Below, piece after piece: positions 30,819 through 41,229 of a stretch of DNA of 64,000 nt; position 1 is the first letter of the stretch, and every line of letters begins with the position of its first letter. Origin of the DNA: Candidatus Latescibacterota bacterium (GTDB taxonomy: Bacteria; Latescibacterota; CBDEFO01); assembly GCA_965248755.1 (NCBI GenBank), contig OZ252149.1, positions 3,840,001 through 3,904,000 of the forward strand, given 5' to 3'. Position numbers and translations under genes: made by a program. Under the pieces are notes generated by a model that saw only the letters and a program-made list of their open reading frames with translations, was not told the DNA's origin and ran no database searches.

Positions 30819-31559
30819 CTACATGTAGACTACTGTCTCGATTCCAATGGAAATCGAACGGAAAACGGCTTTCAGGTCATTTTCGTCGAGTGTTACATAT
30901 ATCCGATGGGGAAGGCGGTCCCTCGCAGGAGGATAAAAAGACAAGGATTCCCAGAACGAATTCTTTATTAACCGGCTTATATCCACCATCCTATCGATCA
31001 ATTGGAGCGTGGGCTTTGTCGCCTCTAACGGTGTAGTGCCGTCAGATCTTACGTAGACCTTCAGTTCGCGATCGAAGCAGAGGATATATGAACTCGGTGT
31101 TTGCACTATGGAGGACTCGACTTTCAAGTCCTGAAGAGCCGAACTTAATGTATCCGCGTCCAGTTCTTCCAAGATCTGTTCTGGAGCAGCACCGACCTCT
31201 TTGCCTTGTAATATGAAAAGCCGCTCGGTTGGTAGTTCTGCGCCCTCTTGTAACCTGCTTTCAACCTGCACGGATAGGGCGACCCATTCGATGAGGACGG
31301 CACCTCGCAGCTTTAATTTCAATTTCTCAGATAGAGTGTCAATTACTAGATAGGGCGACCCTGACGAAGCCAATTCTAACTCTGACTCTAAGAGCCTGCT
31401 CCTTTTTTCCAGTGACAGCTTCTGTCTTTCAAGAGATCTGTAGACTTTCCTTAGACTGTATATGTCCTCCCTGTATCGCTTCAAATTCACATCCGATATA
31501 AATAACAAAACGGAAGCGATCAAAACTGAGCCTACAACCCATTTAAGAGGCGCTGACAT
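30819..31559 (-). CDS. Membrane-anchored protein with degenerate L,D-transpeptidase-like domain
   Basis: TM plus coiled coil, PYLVID..., C-terminal IGIETVVY parallel the 32620 L,D-transpeptidase, but the H...C catalytic motif is absent. Confidence 0.5.
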   Translation of the reverse strand: MSAPLKWVVGSVLIASVLLFISDVNLKRYREDIYSLRKVYRSLERQKLSLEKRSRLLESELELASSGSPYLVIDTLSEKLKLKLRGAVLIEWVALSVQVESRLQEGAELPTERLFILQGKEVGAAPEQILEELDADTLSSALQDLKVESSIVQTPSSYILCFDRELKVYVRSDGTTPLEATKPTLQLIDRMVDISRLIKNSFWESLSFYPPARDRLPHRIYVTLDENDLKAVFRSISIGIETVVYM

Positions 31560-31779
31560 TTTATCAGTAGACAGTAGTTAGTATACAGGAGCACGGCCTC
31601 CCCTCTTCCGAGATTACTTTGGGGCTAAAGCCCCTCGCAATGACACCGAGGATTAGAAAACGGTCACTGCGGTCCTCGATTGACCTATCGGGGAAGCGAG
31701 GGAATCTTAAACTGGGACTGCCTCTGCCTGTATGCCGTCCACTGTTTTAGATCTCTACAATCCTATTTTGACCCGATAC

Positions 31780-32592
31780 TTATTTATCCTTTATCCTGTT
31801 AAACTTTACCTCACCCCACGTTTGACTTTCGACCGAAGTCTTATAACCTGGATATCCTGGGCCAGGATGCTCTCCCCATTCCACACCATTAACCCGCGCC
31901 CATAATAATGTGGTCTCCCACTCGCGTGTAGAAATACCACTAAATGCATGGTCCCTTACAATTCCGAGTCCCTTTTCGAATACAATGTAACCACTTCTTT
32001 CTCCAGCATCAGAATTAAAACCAAAAGCTCGTCGGTTTGGTGCTGGATCATTTTGTCTCCCGATAGTCATTTGTAACTCAAGAGACTCAAATTGTAATTC
32101 TAAGTATGCAGAGTAAACTCTCCGGTCTAAGGAGCCGTAGCTCAGATCGGGCATTATCCCATCAAACTCATAGACCAAAAGATCTTTTTGGTCTGGATTT
32201 AGGTTTTTAAACATATCAGCTTCTCTATAATACTCAGATTCTTTCAGTTCTGGATTCTGATCCATATAATTCAAAAAACGTTCTATTCCGTTACCCTCCT
32301 CTCTCATACCAACCCAGGTATTACCTTTATCATCTATTCGAAAAAAACTCCAGGGTGAAGGAGGCAAGAACCTAAAGCGCCAATAGGTTTGGCCATCAAT
32401 TAAGTGAATTGAGACCATCTCAACTGTAGTATCTGGTGGACTCGGCGGCCCATATCCAAATGAAGACTGAACGTATATCCAAATATTTCCTTCCTGTACG
32501 GGAAAGAAGAAGTCTTCAGAGTGGATGATCTTGGGAAGGGCCAGAATTAGAAGGATAAGCACTATTAAAATGTGAATCCACCACCTTTTCAT
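31780..32592 (-). CDS. Secreted hypothetical protein with C-terminal TWG motif
   Basis: Signal peptide, FFPVQEGNIWIY, C-terminal TSVESQTWGEVK; visibly AT-richer than neighbours. Confidence 0.65.
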   Translation of the reverse strand: MKRWWIHILIVLILLILALPKIIHSEDFFFPVQEGNIWIYVQSSFGYGPPSPPDTTVEMVSIHLIDGQTYWRFRFLPPSPWSFFRIDDKGNTWVGMREEGNGIERFLNYMDQNPELKESEYYREADMFKNLNPDQKDLLVYEFDGIMPDLSYGSLDRRVYSAYLELQFESLELQMTIGRQNDPAPNRRAFGFNSDAGERSGYIVFEKGLGIVRDHAFSGISTREWETTLLWARVNGVEWGEHPGPGYPGYKTSVESQTWGEVKFNRIKDK

Positions 32593-32619
32593 AGCTCCGC
32601 AGAAAAGATCTACAGTCGC

Positions 32620-33267
32620 CTAAAAGATATATATCTTCGTCCCCACTGGTGAGGCATCGTAGACAATCTCAAGGTTGTTGTCGCCCAATCTGACACAGCC
32701 GTGCGTCACGTTCTCGCCCAAAAGCCTCGTGTAGAGCGTCCCGTGGATAAAGTATCCATCTCCGAAGTGTAGGGCATATCTGCCCAAAACATCCTCCTCC
32801 AGTCGCTCCGGTGAAAGCGCCGGAGGGATAGGCTCACTCTCCTCCACAAACGCCCAGTCAGGCTTTATCCAGATGGGGTCTTTGTATTTCCCCAACACCT
32901 CAAAGGTGCCCTTAGGGGTATTAAAGATCCATTTTTGCCCCTCTGGTCCCTCCAACTGCGCGCCGCTTCCTGTAGAACAGATAGTTTCCCTTAATATCTT
33001 GTTGCCCTGCATTAGGAACAACCGACCGCGATTCGCATCTACAACTATATATATTTCATCGGGAGATAGTTTTTCTATGCTTTCTTCAAGCTCTCTGTTT
33101 TCCCCCTCTATCTTGAGGATGTCCCACTCCAGATCCTGCATAGCCTTGAGCAGTTGTCCCCTATCCATCTGATAGATTACATCCTTGCTCAGCTTCTGGA
33201 TAGTTTGCCTTAAAGGGGAAAAATCAAAGCCTACGACGATGGGAACGACAACGATCAAAAGGGCCAA
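32620..33267 (-). CDS. L,D-transpeptidase (YkuD family)
   Basis: TPKG.F, P.WIKPDW, IHGT......THGCVRL catalytic motif. Confidence 0.92.
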   Translation of the reverse strand: MALLIVVVPIVVGFDFSPLRQTIQKLSKDVIYQMDRGQLLKAMQDLEWDILKIEGENRELEESIEKLSPDEIYIVVDANRGRLFLMQGNKILRETICSTGSGAQLEGPEGQKWIFNTPKGTFEVLGKYKDPIWIKPDWAFVEESEPIPPALSPERLEEDVLGRYALHFGDGYFIHGTLYTRLLGENVTHGCVRLGDNNLEIVYDASPVGTKIYIF

Positions 33268-33395
33268 TTTTGCTATGGCTTTGATAGTCGCCTCCTTAAG
33301 GTATGGTTATCTTTACGCCATTAAATCTAGGGGAAAGGTAACCTCGCCCTTTTTCTTCAGAGAGTTCTCCCATAAACCGATACGAAAACAGACGC

Positions 33396-34233
33396 CTACG
33401 GCAAATCGTCGTACGGTTCAAAGAGTCTATTGTAAAGCCGTCTGGCTTCTTCTATTGGGAGACCCTCTCCCAGGTAATCGTGGCCGTTGGGCCAAATTTC
33501 GTAGTGCAGATGTACGCCACTCTGGGTGTCCAATACGCCGTCCGAAGTTCCGGAATTTCCCACAAAGCCTATAAATCTCCCCTTCTGCACCCTTTTGCCC
33601 TCTACTATTTTGTCCGCGACCGTTGCAAGGTGAGCGTACCTTATTATAACACCGTCGTCGCTCTGGAGCCACACCTGTCTGCCCCTGAGCGCATCCAGGA
33701 TATTCCCCGCCTTACCTCCCAGTATCTTTGCTGCCAGAACGAGCGTCTCCCGATCTTTTCCATCACGTTCCCTGTAATCTCTGTCCGCTCTGACTACTAC
33801 GGCGTCGGTCATAGCTACTACAGGGTCTCCGAATGCGACCTTTCTTTTGTGAGGCTCATCGTAGTAGAATATGTCTATTCCCTGGTGTATCCCTCCCCTG
33901 TAGGGTCCTTCTGCACCCACAACGAGATTATCGTCAGACGCTACAGGGGAGGGCCCCAGGGATCGGGGAGACGTAGCCGTAAAGCTTCGGGGGAGATTCG
34001 ACACCTTCATCATTCTTATCTACTGCGTTATGTTTCGCCTGAACTACCTGCTCTGTCGTCGCTCGGGGTTTGAAGAAGACAAGAACGATAAAGGTCAAAG
34101 TGATTAAATTGCCTGCGAGGGCTAAGAAGAGCCACCTTCTAAGACTCCCAAAGAGGATAGTCTGCCCATCAACCTGTTTTTTCAAGGCCTCCCATCTTTC
34201 ATCTAATTCGAGAGCCTCTATGTCTTGCGACAT
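33396..34233 (-). pseudogene. M23 family peptidase, frameshifted
   Basis: TM N-terminus (34233-~33955) and catalytic part (HQGID, YAHL, VGNSG, HLHYE) are offset by one extra base in a C/G run near 33950-33957. Confidence 0.78.
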
Positions 34234-34291
34234 CCCAATCCTCAAACAAGATACAACAGACAGGGCACCTCACGCCCCTGTATGCTGTCTG

Positions 34292-34882
34292 CTACCTGTT
34301 AGGGTATTTCTCCAAAGCGGCATTTATCTCTTCTACGAGGGCGTCGGCTCTATCCCTTATCACTTTGGCTTTGGAAGAGGCCACGAAGAAATCCTCATTC
34401 GAGATAGACATCCTGGCTTCGGCAAGAGACAGTTCGATGTCGCTTATGTCGGACCAGAACAGTTCTATGTCCGCCCTGGTGCCCTTACCGACTGGGGCTT
34501 TGCCTACAGCTGCTTTGGCATTGTCTATCGCAGCGACAGCCAGTGATCGCATTTCCTCGGCTGCGGATTTGGCAGCGGCTTTGTTTTCTTTTGCTATAGA
34601 CTCGACCTGAGCGGCATTTTCTGTTACCGAGGCGAGCATCCCTTTTGCCTCATCGTAGTTTCCGAAGAACTTTTCGTTCTCTTCGTTCACCTCGGCCAGG
34701 GCGGCATTTAAAGAAGCCTCAAGAGTGTTGAATTCCTCAGACGCATAAGTCTGGGCGTCCGCAGCGCGCGCAGAATCTACAGCTGACTCGGCAGACCTTA
34801 TTTCCTCAACAGGTTCCTTACCACACCCCACAACAAAAAGGACTGCAGCAAAAGACGCTAGGATCGAAAATTTACGTAACAT
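34292..34882 (-). CDS. Ala-rich coiled-coil lipoprotein (DUF4398-like)
   Basis: Lipobox VVG-C, helical Ala/Glu/Lys-rich body, A..YA.EE motif. Confidence 0.7.
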   Translation of the reverse strand: MLRKFSILASFAAVLFVVGCGKEPVEEIRSAESAVDSARAADAQTYASEEFNTLEASLNAALAEVNEENEKFFGNYDEAKGMLASVTENAAQVESIAKENKAAAKSAAEEMRSLAVAAIDNAKAAVGKAPVGKGTRADIELFWSDISDIELSLAEARMSISNEDFFVASSKAKVIRDRADALVEEINAALEKYPNR

Positions 34883-34932
34883 AATAGACTTGACCCTCCC
34901 TTGAAAAGAGTAATTTTAAGTGGTGCAACGTG

Positions 34933-35060
34933 CACTCTGTGTGCCACCACTCCGTGTGCCACCACTCTGTGTGCCACCACTCTGTGTGCCACCACTCCGT
35001 GTGCTACCACTCCGTGTGCTACCACTCCGTGTGCTACCACTCCGTGTGCTACCACTCCGT
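34933..35060. repeat. 15-bp tandem repeat (about 8.5 units of CACTCYGTGTGCYAC)
   Basis: Read directly; contiguous units, no spacers. Confidence 0.97.
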
Positions 35061-35147
35061 AAGAAAACCGCACTTTTGTTGACCAAAAAAACGCTGGACA
35101 GATGGGATGTAGGAAGCCTCACCTCCTAACATATCGGGGAGCTTAAG

Positions 35148-35942
35148 TTATTTCTTGCTCTTCTTGGAGACCGATTTCAGTCTCTCCTTTGCTAACTTTG
35201 CCTCATTAGAAGAGGGGAACTTCTCTACAAGGTCTTTGAGATATTTGACAGCGCCCTTGTGATCTTTCAACTCAGCTAGAGTATATCCCATCTTGAGGAG
35301 GACCCCTGGAATCTTTTCAGAATTTGGATATTTTCCCATGACCTTCTGAAACTCCACGAGCGCCTTTTTATATTCCCCTTGAACGTAGTAACATTCACCG
35401 ATCCAATATTGAGCGTTATCTGCAAGGTCAGTCTGTGGAAAATCAGAAAGGTACCTGGAGAACTCGGCGATAGCTAACTGATAATTGCCCCCTTTGATGT
35501 CTTCCTGCGCGCTATCGTAGAGTGTTTTTGGATCGACCTTCAGGTTCGTCTTGAAGGTCATAACTGCCTTTGCAGGCTTGGAAGTATCTCCATCTGAAGA
35601 GACCGGGCGTCCCCCACCATAAAGCTGGATAGCATCCAGCTTCTCAGAGAACCTTGCGAGCCGGTCGCTGTTGTCAGTTATCTTGCTGTTGAGTACCTGT
35701 ACTTGCCTCTCCAGAGCCTCGATCCTGACCATCAAATCCGCCCCGATTCTTCTGGAGGCCCTCTCCTGGTCCCTCAGCAGGCTATCTATGGCACTTATCG
35801 AAGCGGCGATCTGGTCCAACTGTTCCTGGACACCTGGAGATTTTTTGCCCTTCTTGACTGCACCTCCCAAAAGTAAAACAACTAATACCGATAATCCCAG
35901 TAGGACCGGGACGCCTCTAAATATCTTATGGATTCTCATCAT
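35148..35942 (-). CDS. cpoB: Tol-Pal system protein YbgF/CpoB
   Basis: Coiled coil plus TPR (LADNAQYWIGECYY); immediately after pal. Confidence 0.9.
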   Translation of the reverse strand: MMRIHKIFRGVPVLLGLSVLVVLLLGGAVKKGKKSPGVQEQLDQIAASISAIDSLLRDQERASRRIGADLMVRIEALERQVQVLNSKITDNSDRLARFSEKLDAIQLYGGGRPVSSDGDTSKPAKAVMTFKTNLKVDPKTLYDSAQEDIKGGNYQLAIAEFSRYLSDFPQTDLADNAQYWIGECYYVQGEYKKALVEFQKVMGKYPNSEKIPGVLLKMGYTLAELKDHKGAVKYLKDLVEKFPSSNEAKLAKERLKSVSKKSKK

Positions 35943-36096
35943 CAGCCTGCAAACCAAAGACGGACTCGACTTTACACGACAATTAAGAGGGTCAGAGTTT
36001 GTCTCTAACCCTCAAATGGATTTGGAGCCTAAAATGAGCAAAAGAGGAAAAGTTGACTCCTACTTACCACAAGATCAGGAGGATAGGAAACCGCCT

Positions 36097-36702
36097 CTAT
36101 CTAACCAAAACAAACGTCGCTCTCCTATTTTTCGCCCACGCCTCTGTGTTATGGCCCGGGTCTAAGGGTCTTTCTTCGCCGTAGCTAACTGTGGACAGCC
36201 GAACCTCATCGACCCCGAGGTTCACTAGATAGTTCCTGGCGCTTGTGGCCCTTTTCTCCCCTAACACCAAATTGTACTCTATCGTCCCGCGCTCGTCGCA
36301 GTTGCCCTCTATCAGGATCTTTACATCAGGGTTTTCCCCAAGATTCTTGGCGTGTTCCTCCAGGATGGGCTTGGCGTCGTCCCTGATAAGGTACTTGTCG
36401 AAATCGAAGTTGATGTCCCGCAAGCTGGTCTGCAACTCATTTAGCTTAATCTCCCTTGCCTCTCCTCTCTTTGTTTCCTCTTCAGCTTTTTTCCTTTCCC
36501 CTTCAGCTCTCCTTTTTTCTGCCTCAGCTTTTTTCCTTTCCCCTTCAGCTTTTCTCTCTGCCTCTTCGACTGCCAGCTTCTCCTGTTCAGCTCTTACAGC
36601 CTCCTCATCTACCAGCGGCTTCTTGGCAGCGCAGCTCGAGAGCACAAAGGCTAAGGCAAGAGCAAACAATACTGCCGTTGCGAGATTGGTGAACCGCTTC
36701 AT
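36097..36702 (-). CDS. pal: Peptidoglycan-associated lipoprotein
   Basis: Lipobox LSS-C, FDFDK, EGNCDERGT.EYN..LG..RA, SYGEE, KNRR. Confidence 0.94.
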   Translation of the reverse strand: MKRFTNLATAVLFALALAFVLSSCAAKKPLVDEEAVRAEQEKLAVEEAERKAEGERKKAEAEKRRAEGERKKAEEETKRGEAREIKLNELQTSLRDINFDFDKYLIRDDAKPILEEHAKNLGENPDVKILIEGNCDERGTIEYNLVLGEKRATSARNYLVNLGVDEVRLSTVSYGEERPLDPGHNTEAWAKNRRATFVLVR

Positions 36703-36943
36703 TTTGAGATTCTCCTTCCCTTTGGATAGAACTAACCCAACGATGAAAACGATTGACACATCTAGTGCGCATTCCCTTGTTGCTTACAGAAACATGCCAT
36801 ATCCCAGGTTAAGCTAAGATATCACCCCCTTGCTTTTCTCCACGTTCGGTTTTCTCAGGACGAACACGCGTATACCCCTACGACATATTGCATAGGGGCG
36901 AACCCCGTTTTCGCCCGATTTAATTGTCAAGGCCACTGTCAAA

Positions 36944-38278
36944 TTAGAGTCTCGGCGACCACGACGGAGAGTAGTTGCCTCCGCCAGACGTAATCCGTCT
37001 TTGATCTGATCCGTCCCAGTTCATCACGTAGATTTCAGACTTTCCGCTCCTGGTCGAACTGAAGGCGATGCGAAGGCCATCTGGTGACCAGACGGGGTTT
37101 TCATTGCTACCTGCGTTGGACGTAAGCCTCATCACATTTTCGCCGTAGATGTCCGAGATGTAGATATCAAACAGGTAAGTCCCCCTGGACACAAACGCTA
37201 TCCTGTTCCCCCTCGGCGACCAGTTTGCTGAGTCCTCGTAAGCGTCGGCGCTCCAGGTGAGTCTCCTTGCGCCCGTCCCATCTGCGTTTATCACATATAT
37301 CTTGGGATTTCCCGAGCGATCGGAGGTGAAGGCGATTCTCTTGTCGTCCGGAGACCATACAGGTGACGTATCTATCCCCGGCTTGTACGTCAAGCGGCGC
37401 AGATTTCCTCCGTCAGGAGGATCGACAGTGTATATGTCAGAGTTGCCTTCCCTGCTCATCGTAAACGCTATCCTGGCACCGTCGTGCGACCAGGAGGGCG
37501 CAATGTTCAACCCTCTGAATTTAGACACGATAAGAGAGACGCTGCTCTTTAAATCCAACGTATATAGATCCCAGTTTTCACGACCGTCATCGTATAGACT
37601 GTAGGCTATCTTGCTGCCATCAGGAGACCAACAGGGAGACGTAATGATGGATCTTTGCAGGGTCACCTGTCTTTCTCCATATCCGTCCTGATCCACAATA
37701 TGGATCTCTTTGTAGCCGCTTCTCTTTGAGACAAAGGTTATCAGAGTTCTGGAGATTCCCTGTTCTCCTGTCAGGGCATATACGATGTCATCGCTGATCT
37801 GGTGACCCACCCAACGGGCGTCCTTTTCTTCAACATTGTACTCCTCCACCGATAAGAGCTGTCCAACCGAGACATCAAATAGCTTCACAGCGATGGAAAC
37901 TCTATCTTTGTCTTCCTTTATGTTTCCGCTGATTAAGGCTCGAGCTCCTAGCGATTTCCATCTGTCTATCTTTCCCGACTGGACAGATAAACTGTCCTTA
38001 AGAGCGGAGCTATCCATAAGATCGAAAAGGCCTGAACTCTGAAGATCCGCTTTAAAGACATCCAGGGTCGTCGAAGCTACCTTTCTGTTCTGCCCCCAGA
38101 TCCCATTGGACGTGAAATCATCCACTGCAATAGGTATTCTCTTTAATCGCCCGCCCTTAATCCCCAAATATACCTCAGACTGAGAAAATGCCAAAGGTGG
38201 TGCGACAATTCCGTGAGGCTCAAAAAGATAAAGAGAAAGAGCAAAAATGAAAATATGTCTAAAACTATATCTTTGCAT
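36944..38278 (-). CDS. tolB: Tol-Pal beta-propeller protein TolB
   Basis: Repeated P.WSPDG PD40 motifs; synteny. Confidence 0.93.
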   Translation of the reverse strand: MQRYSFRHIFIFALSLYLFEPHGIVAPPLAFSQSEVYLGIKGGRLKRIPIAVDDFTSNGIWGQNRKVASTTLDVFKADLQSSGLFDLMDSSALKDSLSVQSGKIDRWKSLGARALISGNIKEDKDRVSIAVKLFDVSVGQLLSVEEYNVEEKDARWVGHQISDDIVYALTGEQGISRTLITFVSKRSGYKEIHIVDQDGYGERQVTLQRSIITSPCWSPDGSKIAYSLYDDGRENWDLYTLDLKSSVSLIVSKFRGLNIAPSWSHDGARIAFTMSREGNSDIYTVDPPDGGNLRRLTYKPGIDTSPVWSPDDKRIAFTSDRSGNPKIYVINADGTGARRLTWSADAYEDSANWSPRGNRIAFVSRGTYLFDIYISDIYGENVMRLTSNAGSNENPVWSPDGLRIAFSSTRSGKSEIYVMNWDGSDQRRITSGGGNYSPSWSPRL

Positions 38279-38293
38279 TCAGATTTAACCCTT

Positions 38294-38944
38294 TTAGTAT
38301 TCGAAGAAAAAGTGCACGCCTAAGTTCTTCTCTTGGAACTGGGGTGGAAGTGGAAGCATAGGATCTGACGCTAACACGGCCCTTAGTGCAGATTTGTCAA
38401 CCGTCACAGATCCTGACCCGCTTTCTACAAATACATCTGTAATAGTGCCATCTCTGTGGATTCGGAAAAAGACCGTCGCCTTTACTGCGTTTCTATCGGC
38501 CATCAAAGGTCGAATCCATTTTGAAACTATCCTATCCTGTATATTTTCCAGGTACTCCGGATACGGGAAGGACTCAGTGTCAAGCCTGATATTCTGGCTC
38601 TGGAGGTTCTCAGGCGCACCATCAGGTTTTTTCTCCGGCGCCTTCTGTCCTTTGTCCTCTTTTTTACTTTCTTTCTTTTTGGGTTTTCTAGGTCTTTTAG
38701 GGGTCTCTAAAGGTATCTTTTTCGTATTGTCCTGGACTCGAACCGGCTTGGGGGAGATAGGTGACTTTTTTGCACTGAATGCCTGGACTTTCTTGACCCG
38801 GGTCAATGCCGAAGGCGTTAGAAGGTTTACCGTATATACTCGCTCGTATTCTACCCGTTTGGTGCTGGTCCAACCCGGCAGAAATCCAAGTGCGCCAATA
38901 AAAGTCACATGCGCCAGAAGAGATAGTAAGATTATTCGCTTCAT
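38294..38944 (-). CDS. TolA/TonB-like protein
   Basis: TM with S..AH, Lys/Pro-rich linker, TonB_C-like domain. Confidence 0.8.
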   Translation of the reverse strand: MKRIILLSLLAHVTFIGALGFLPGWTSTKRVEYERVYTVNLLTPSALTRVKKVQAFSAKKSPISPKPVRVQDNTKKIPLETPKRPRKPKKKESKKEDKGQKAPEKKPDGAPENLQSQNIRLDTESFPYPEYLENIQDRIVSKWIRPLMADRNAVKATVFFRIHRDGTITDVFVESGSGSVTVDKSALRAVLASDPMLPLPPQFQEKNLGVHFFFEY

Positions 38945-38946
38945 TT

Positions 38947-39351
38947 TTAATTTGCATCGGCATGTTCCGATTCGACAATTAGACCGAGTTCCTCCCTGCC
39001 CAACGCCTTTATCTTGGCTATGATATCCACCACTTTCCCATACTCAACCCCTCTGTCCGCCCTTAAGAAGACGGAGTTTATACTACCTTTTCTCCAAACT
39101 TCTGAGAACTCCTGATCGAAGTTAGTGTATGAGATCTTTGTTTTGTCCAGGAAGATCGATCCGTCTTTGGTAACACTTATCACGATTCCCTCTTTAATGT
39201 CCGCCCTTTCGACCTTGACCTTGGGGAGTTTAAGGTCTACCCATTCCTGGAGTGCAGGCGCGGTGATTATGAAGATTATTAAGAGCACCATCGTCACATC
39301 TACCAAAGAAGTGATGTTTATCTCAGAAAGAGACGACCGCCTGATCTTCAT
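38947..39351 (-). CDS. tolR: TolR/ExbD
   Basis: INITSLVDV.MVLLIIF, LRAD....YG. Confidence 0.88.
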   Translation of the reverse strand: MKIRRSSLSEINITSLVDVTMVLLIIFIITAPALQEWVDLKLPKVKVERADIKEGIVISVTKDGSIFLDKTKISYTNFDQEFSEVWRKGSINSVFLRADRGVEYGKVVDIIAKIKALGREELGLIVESEHADAN

Positions 39352-40064
39352 GGCTTCGGCTCCTCCAAAAGACTGCAAACAAACTCAAAAGCGAACTCCT
39401 CCATCAGATTCCTAACGCCCTCTAATTTCCCCAAGAAATAGTTATATGCGATGACAGCCGGTATAGCAGTCGCCAGCCCGGCGATGGTCGTAATCAAAGC
39501 TTCCGCGATCCCCGGAGCCACTACGCCGATGCTTGCCGAGCCTCGCTGGCCTATATTTATAAAGGCGATCATCACACCCCACACGGTCCCCAAAAGCCCG
39601 AAGAAAGGGCTGACACTGGCCGTGGTTGCCAGAAAGCCCATATACTGTTCCATTTTCAAGATCTCCGCGGACGCTTCGATCTGTAATGCGTCTTCTATGG
39701 TCTTTCTATCCTCCTGCAGAAATTCTGGGTAGGGACCGTCCGCTCGTTTGGAGTTACGATAGGACACCTGCCTGTTCTTTTGAATCCTTCGGTAACCCCT
39801 TTCAAAGAGCCTAAAGAGAGGACTGTTCCTGAACTGACGATAAGCTCTACGTATGTCCGATATATCAGCATCGGAGCGGAAAAAGTCGAGGAACTTTTGG
39901 GATTCTCTGTAAATTCTCCTGAAGGAGATTAACTTTTGAACTACAATCGCCCAGGACACCACAGAGAACATAAAAAGTATCAGAAGGATCGTCTTTGCAA
40001 CCGGACCCGCATTTATTACGAGCCCCCAGGCTCCTTGTTGAAAGCCACCGTTCAAAGCAGGCAT
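39348..40064 (-). CDS. tolQ: TolQ/ExbB
   Basis: PFFGLLGTVWG, VAPGIAEALITT.AGL..AIPA. Confidence 0.9.
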   Translation of the reverse strand: MPALNGGFQQGAWGLVINAGPVAKTILLILFMFSVVSWAIVVQKLISFRRIYRESQKFLDFFRSDADISDIRRAYRQFRNSPLFRLFERGYRRIQKNRQVSYRNSKRADGPYPEFLQEDRKTIEDALQIEASAEILKMEQYMGFLATTASVSPFFGLLGTVWGVMIAFINIGQRGSASIGVVAPGIAEALITTIAGLATAIPAVIAYNYFLGKLEGVRNLMEEFAFEFVCSLLEEPKP

Positions 40065-40304
40065 CCCTCTCCGGATTCTGAAACTATCGGCAAATACCTA
40101 AATCTACTGTCAAATATATGCAATTAGAATATGATTTGCAAGTAAAATGTTGACTTTTGATGCAGTTGGATAGTAAAGAAACAAATTATTGAAAAGTTCC
40201 CGTGCAAGGTGGCGTGGCCACTTTGCTGAGTAGAGGATTGTGAAGCACCAGGTGGCCGAAGAGCTTTCTGGAAGGAAAATGGGCAATTTTGGCTGCCGCG
40301 TTAG

Positions 40305-40333
40305 TTGACAAGAGACGGGGAGTTTATTATATT
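40305..40333 (+). promoter_or_regulatory. sigma70 promoter
   Basis: TTGACA-N17-TATATT upstream of 40396. Confidence 0.55.
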
Positions 40334-40395
40334 GATCTATTCGGTATCATAAGGAGGACGGGTGTAACCTCAACGCAGATAGAATGTGATAGGAT

Positions 40396-41197
40396 ATGAG
40401 AATGAAAATCGGCGTGATTCACTACAACTTTCCACGATATTCCTTGGAAACTTTCCTGGACTATGCAGTGGATACGGGATACGGGTACGTGGAACTCCAG
40501 ATAAGAGATCTCTGGGAAAGCGAGGCAGTCAATCCTGAAAAGAAGGCCGAAGAGGTGAAAAGAGAAGTCGAATCTAGAGGCTTGTCTGTCTCCGCGCTTT
40601 CCGCGTCCAACGATTTCGTGCACTTGGCAGAGAAAGAGTTCCAGGTAAACAGAATGAAGAGGATATGCGGTCTGGCCGTGATATTGGGGACGAACGTATT
40701 GAGGACTGAGGGCGGGCAGCCGAAAGAATCTGTGCCTGAGGAGAGATGGGTCGATGCAATGGTGGGCTGCTTCAAGAGGTGCGTTGACTTCATCTAGAAG
40801 GTTGGCATCCACCTTGCTGTTGATCATCACGGTTATGTGACAAATGACGCGGATCGTCAAATAGAGATGTTCGATAGAGTCGGGTCCAAAAACATCGAAG
40901 CGAATTCTGGATACTATGAATTACAGATGGTTCGGACACGACCTGCAGACAGTGGGGAAATTCTATGAGATGATAGCCCCATGGGTTTTTCACGTCCATA
41001 TGAAGGACGGAAGTGGAAGTCTTGGAGATTATCAGGGTGCTGCGTTGGGAGAGGGAGAGATAGACTTAACCAGGGCAGTACGATGTCTAAAGGATGTGGG
41101 CTACGACGGCGTGTGGTGCGCTGAGTACGAAGGGGTAGAGAATCCCCAAGCAGGATACAGAAGGTGCTTCGAGTATCTGAAGGGAACAATCCATTAG
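40396..41197 (+). pseudogene. Sugar phosphate isomerase/epimerase (TIM barrel), disrupted
   Basis: TAG at 40795-40797 and a +1 frameshift near 40905; motifs GYVEL, D..N, HVHMKD, GEG.ID, EYEG across the pieces. Confidence 0.8.
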
Positions 41198-41229
41198 CTG
41201 AAGGTCAACGGGTGATTGGAGTTTCGTCA

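Noticed and set aside
34933..35060. CRISPR array or (VVAHG)n/(RSGST)n repeat proteins
   Set aside because: No spacers and no cas genes; the ORFs are stop-free by-products of a 15-bp period
40795..40797. Pyrrolysine or TAG read-through
   Set aside because: A frameshift follows in the same gene, no pyl genes are in the window, and GAG>TAG is simpler
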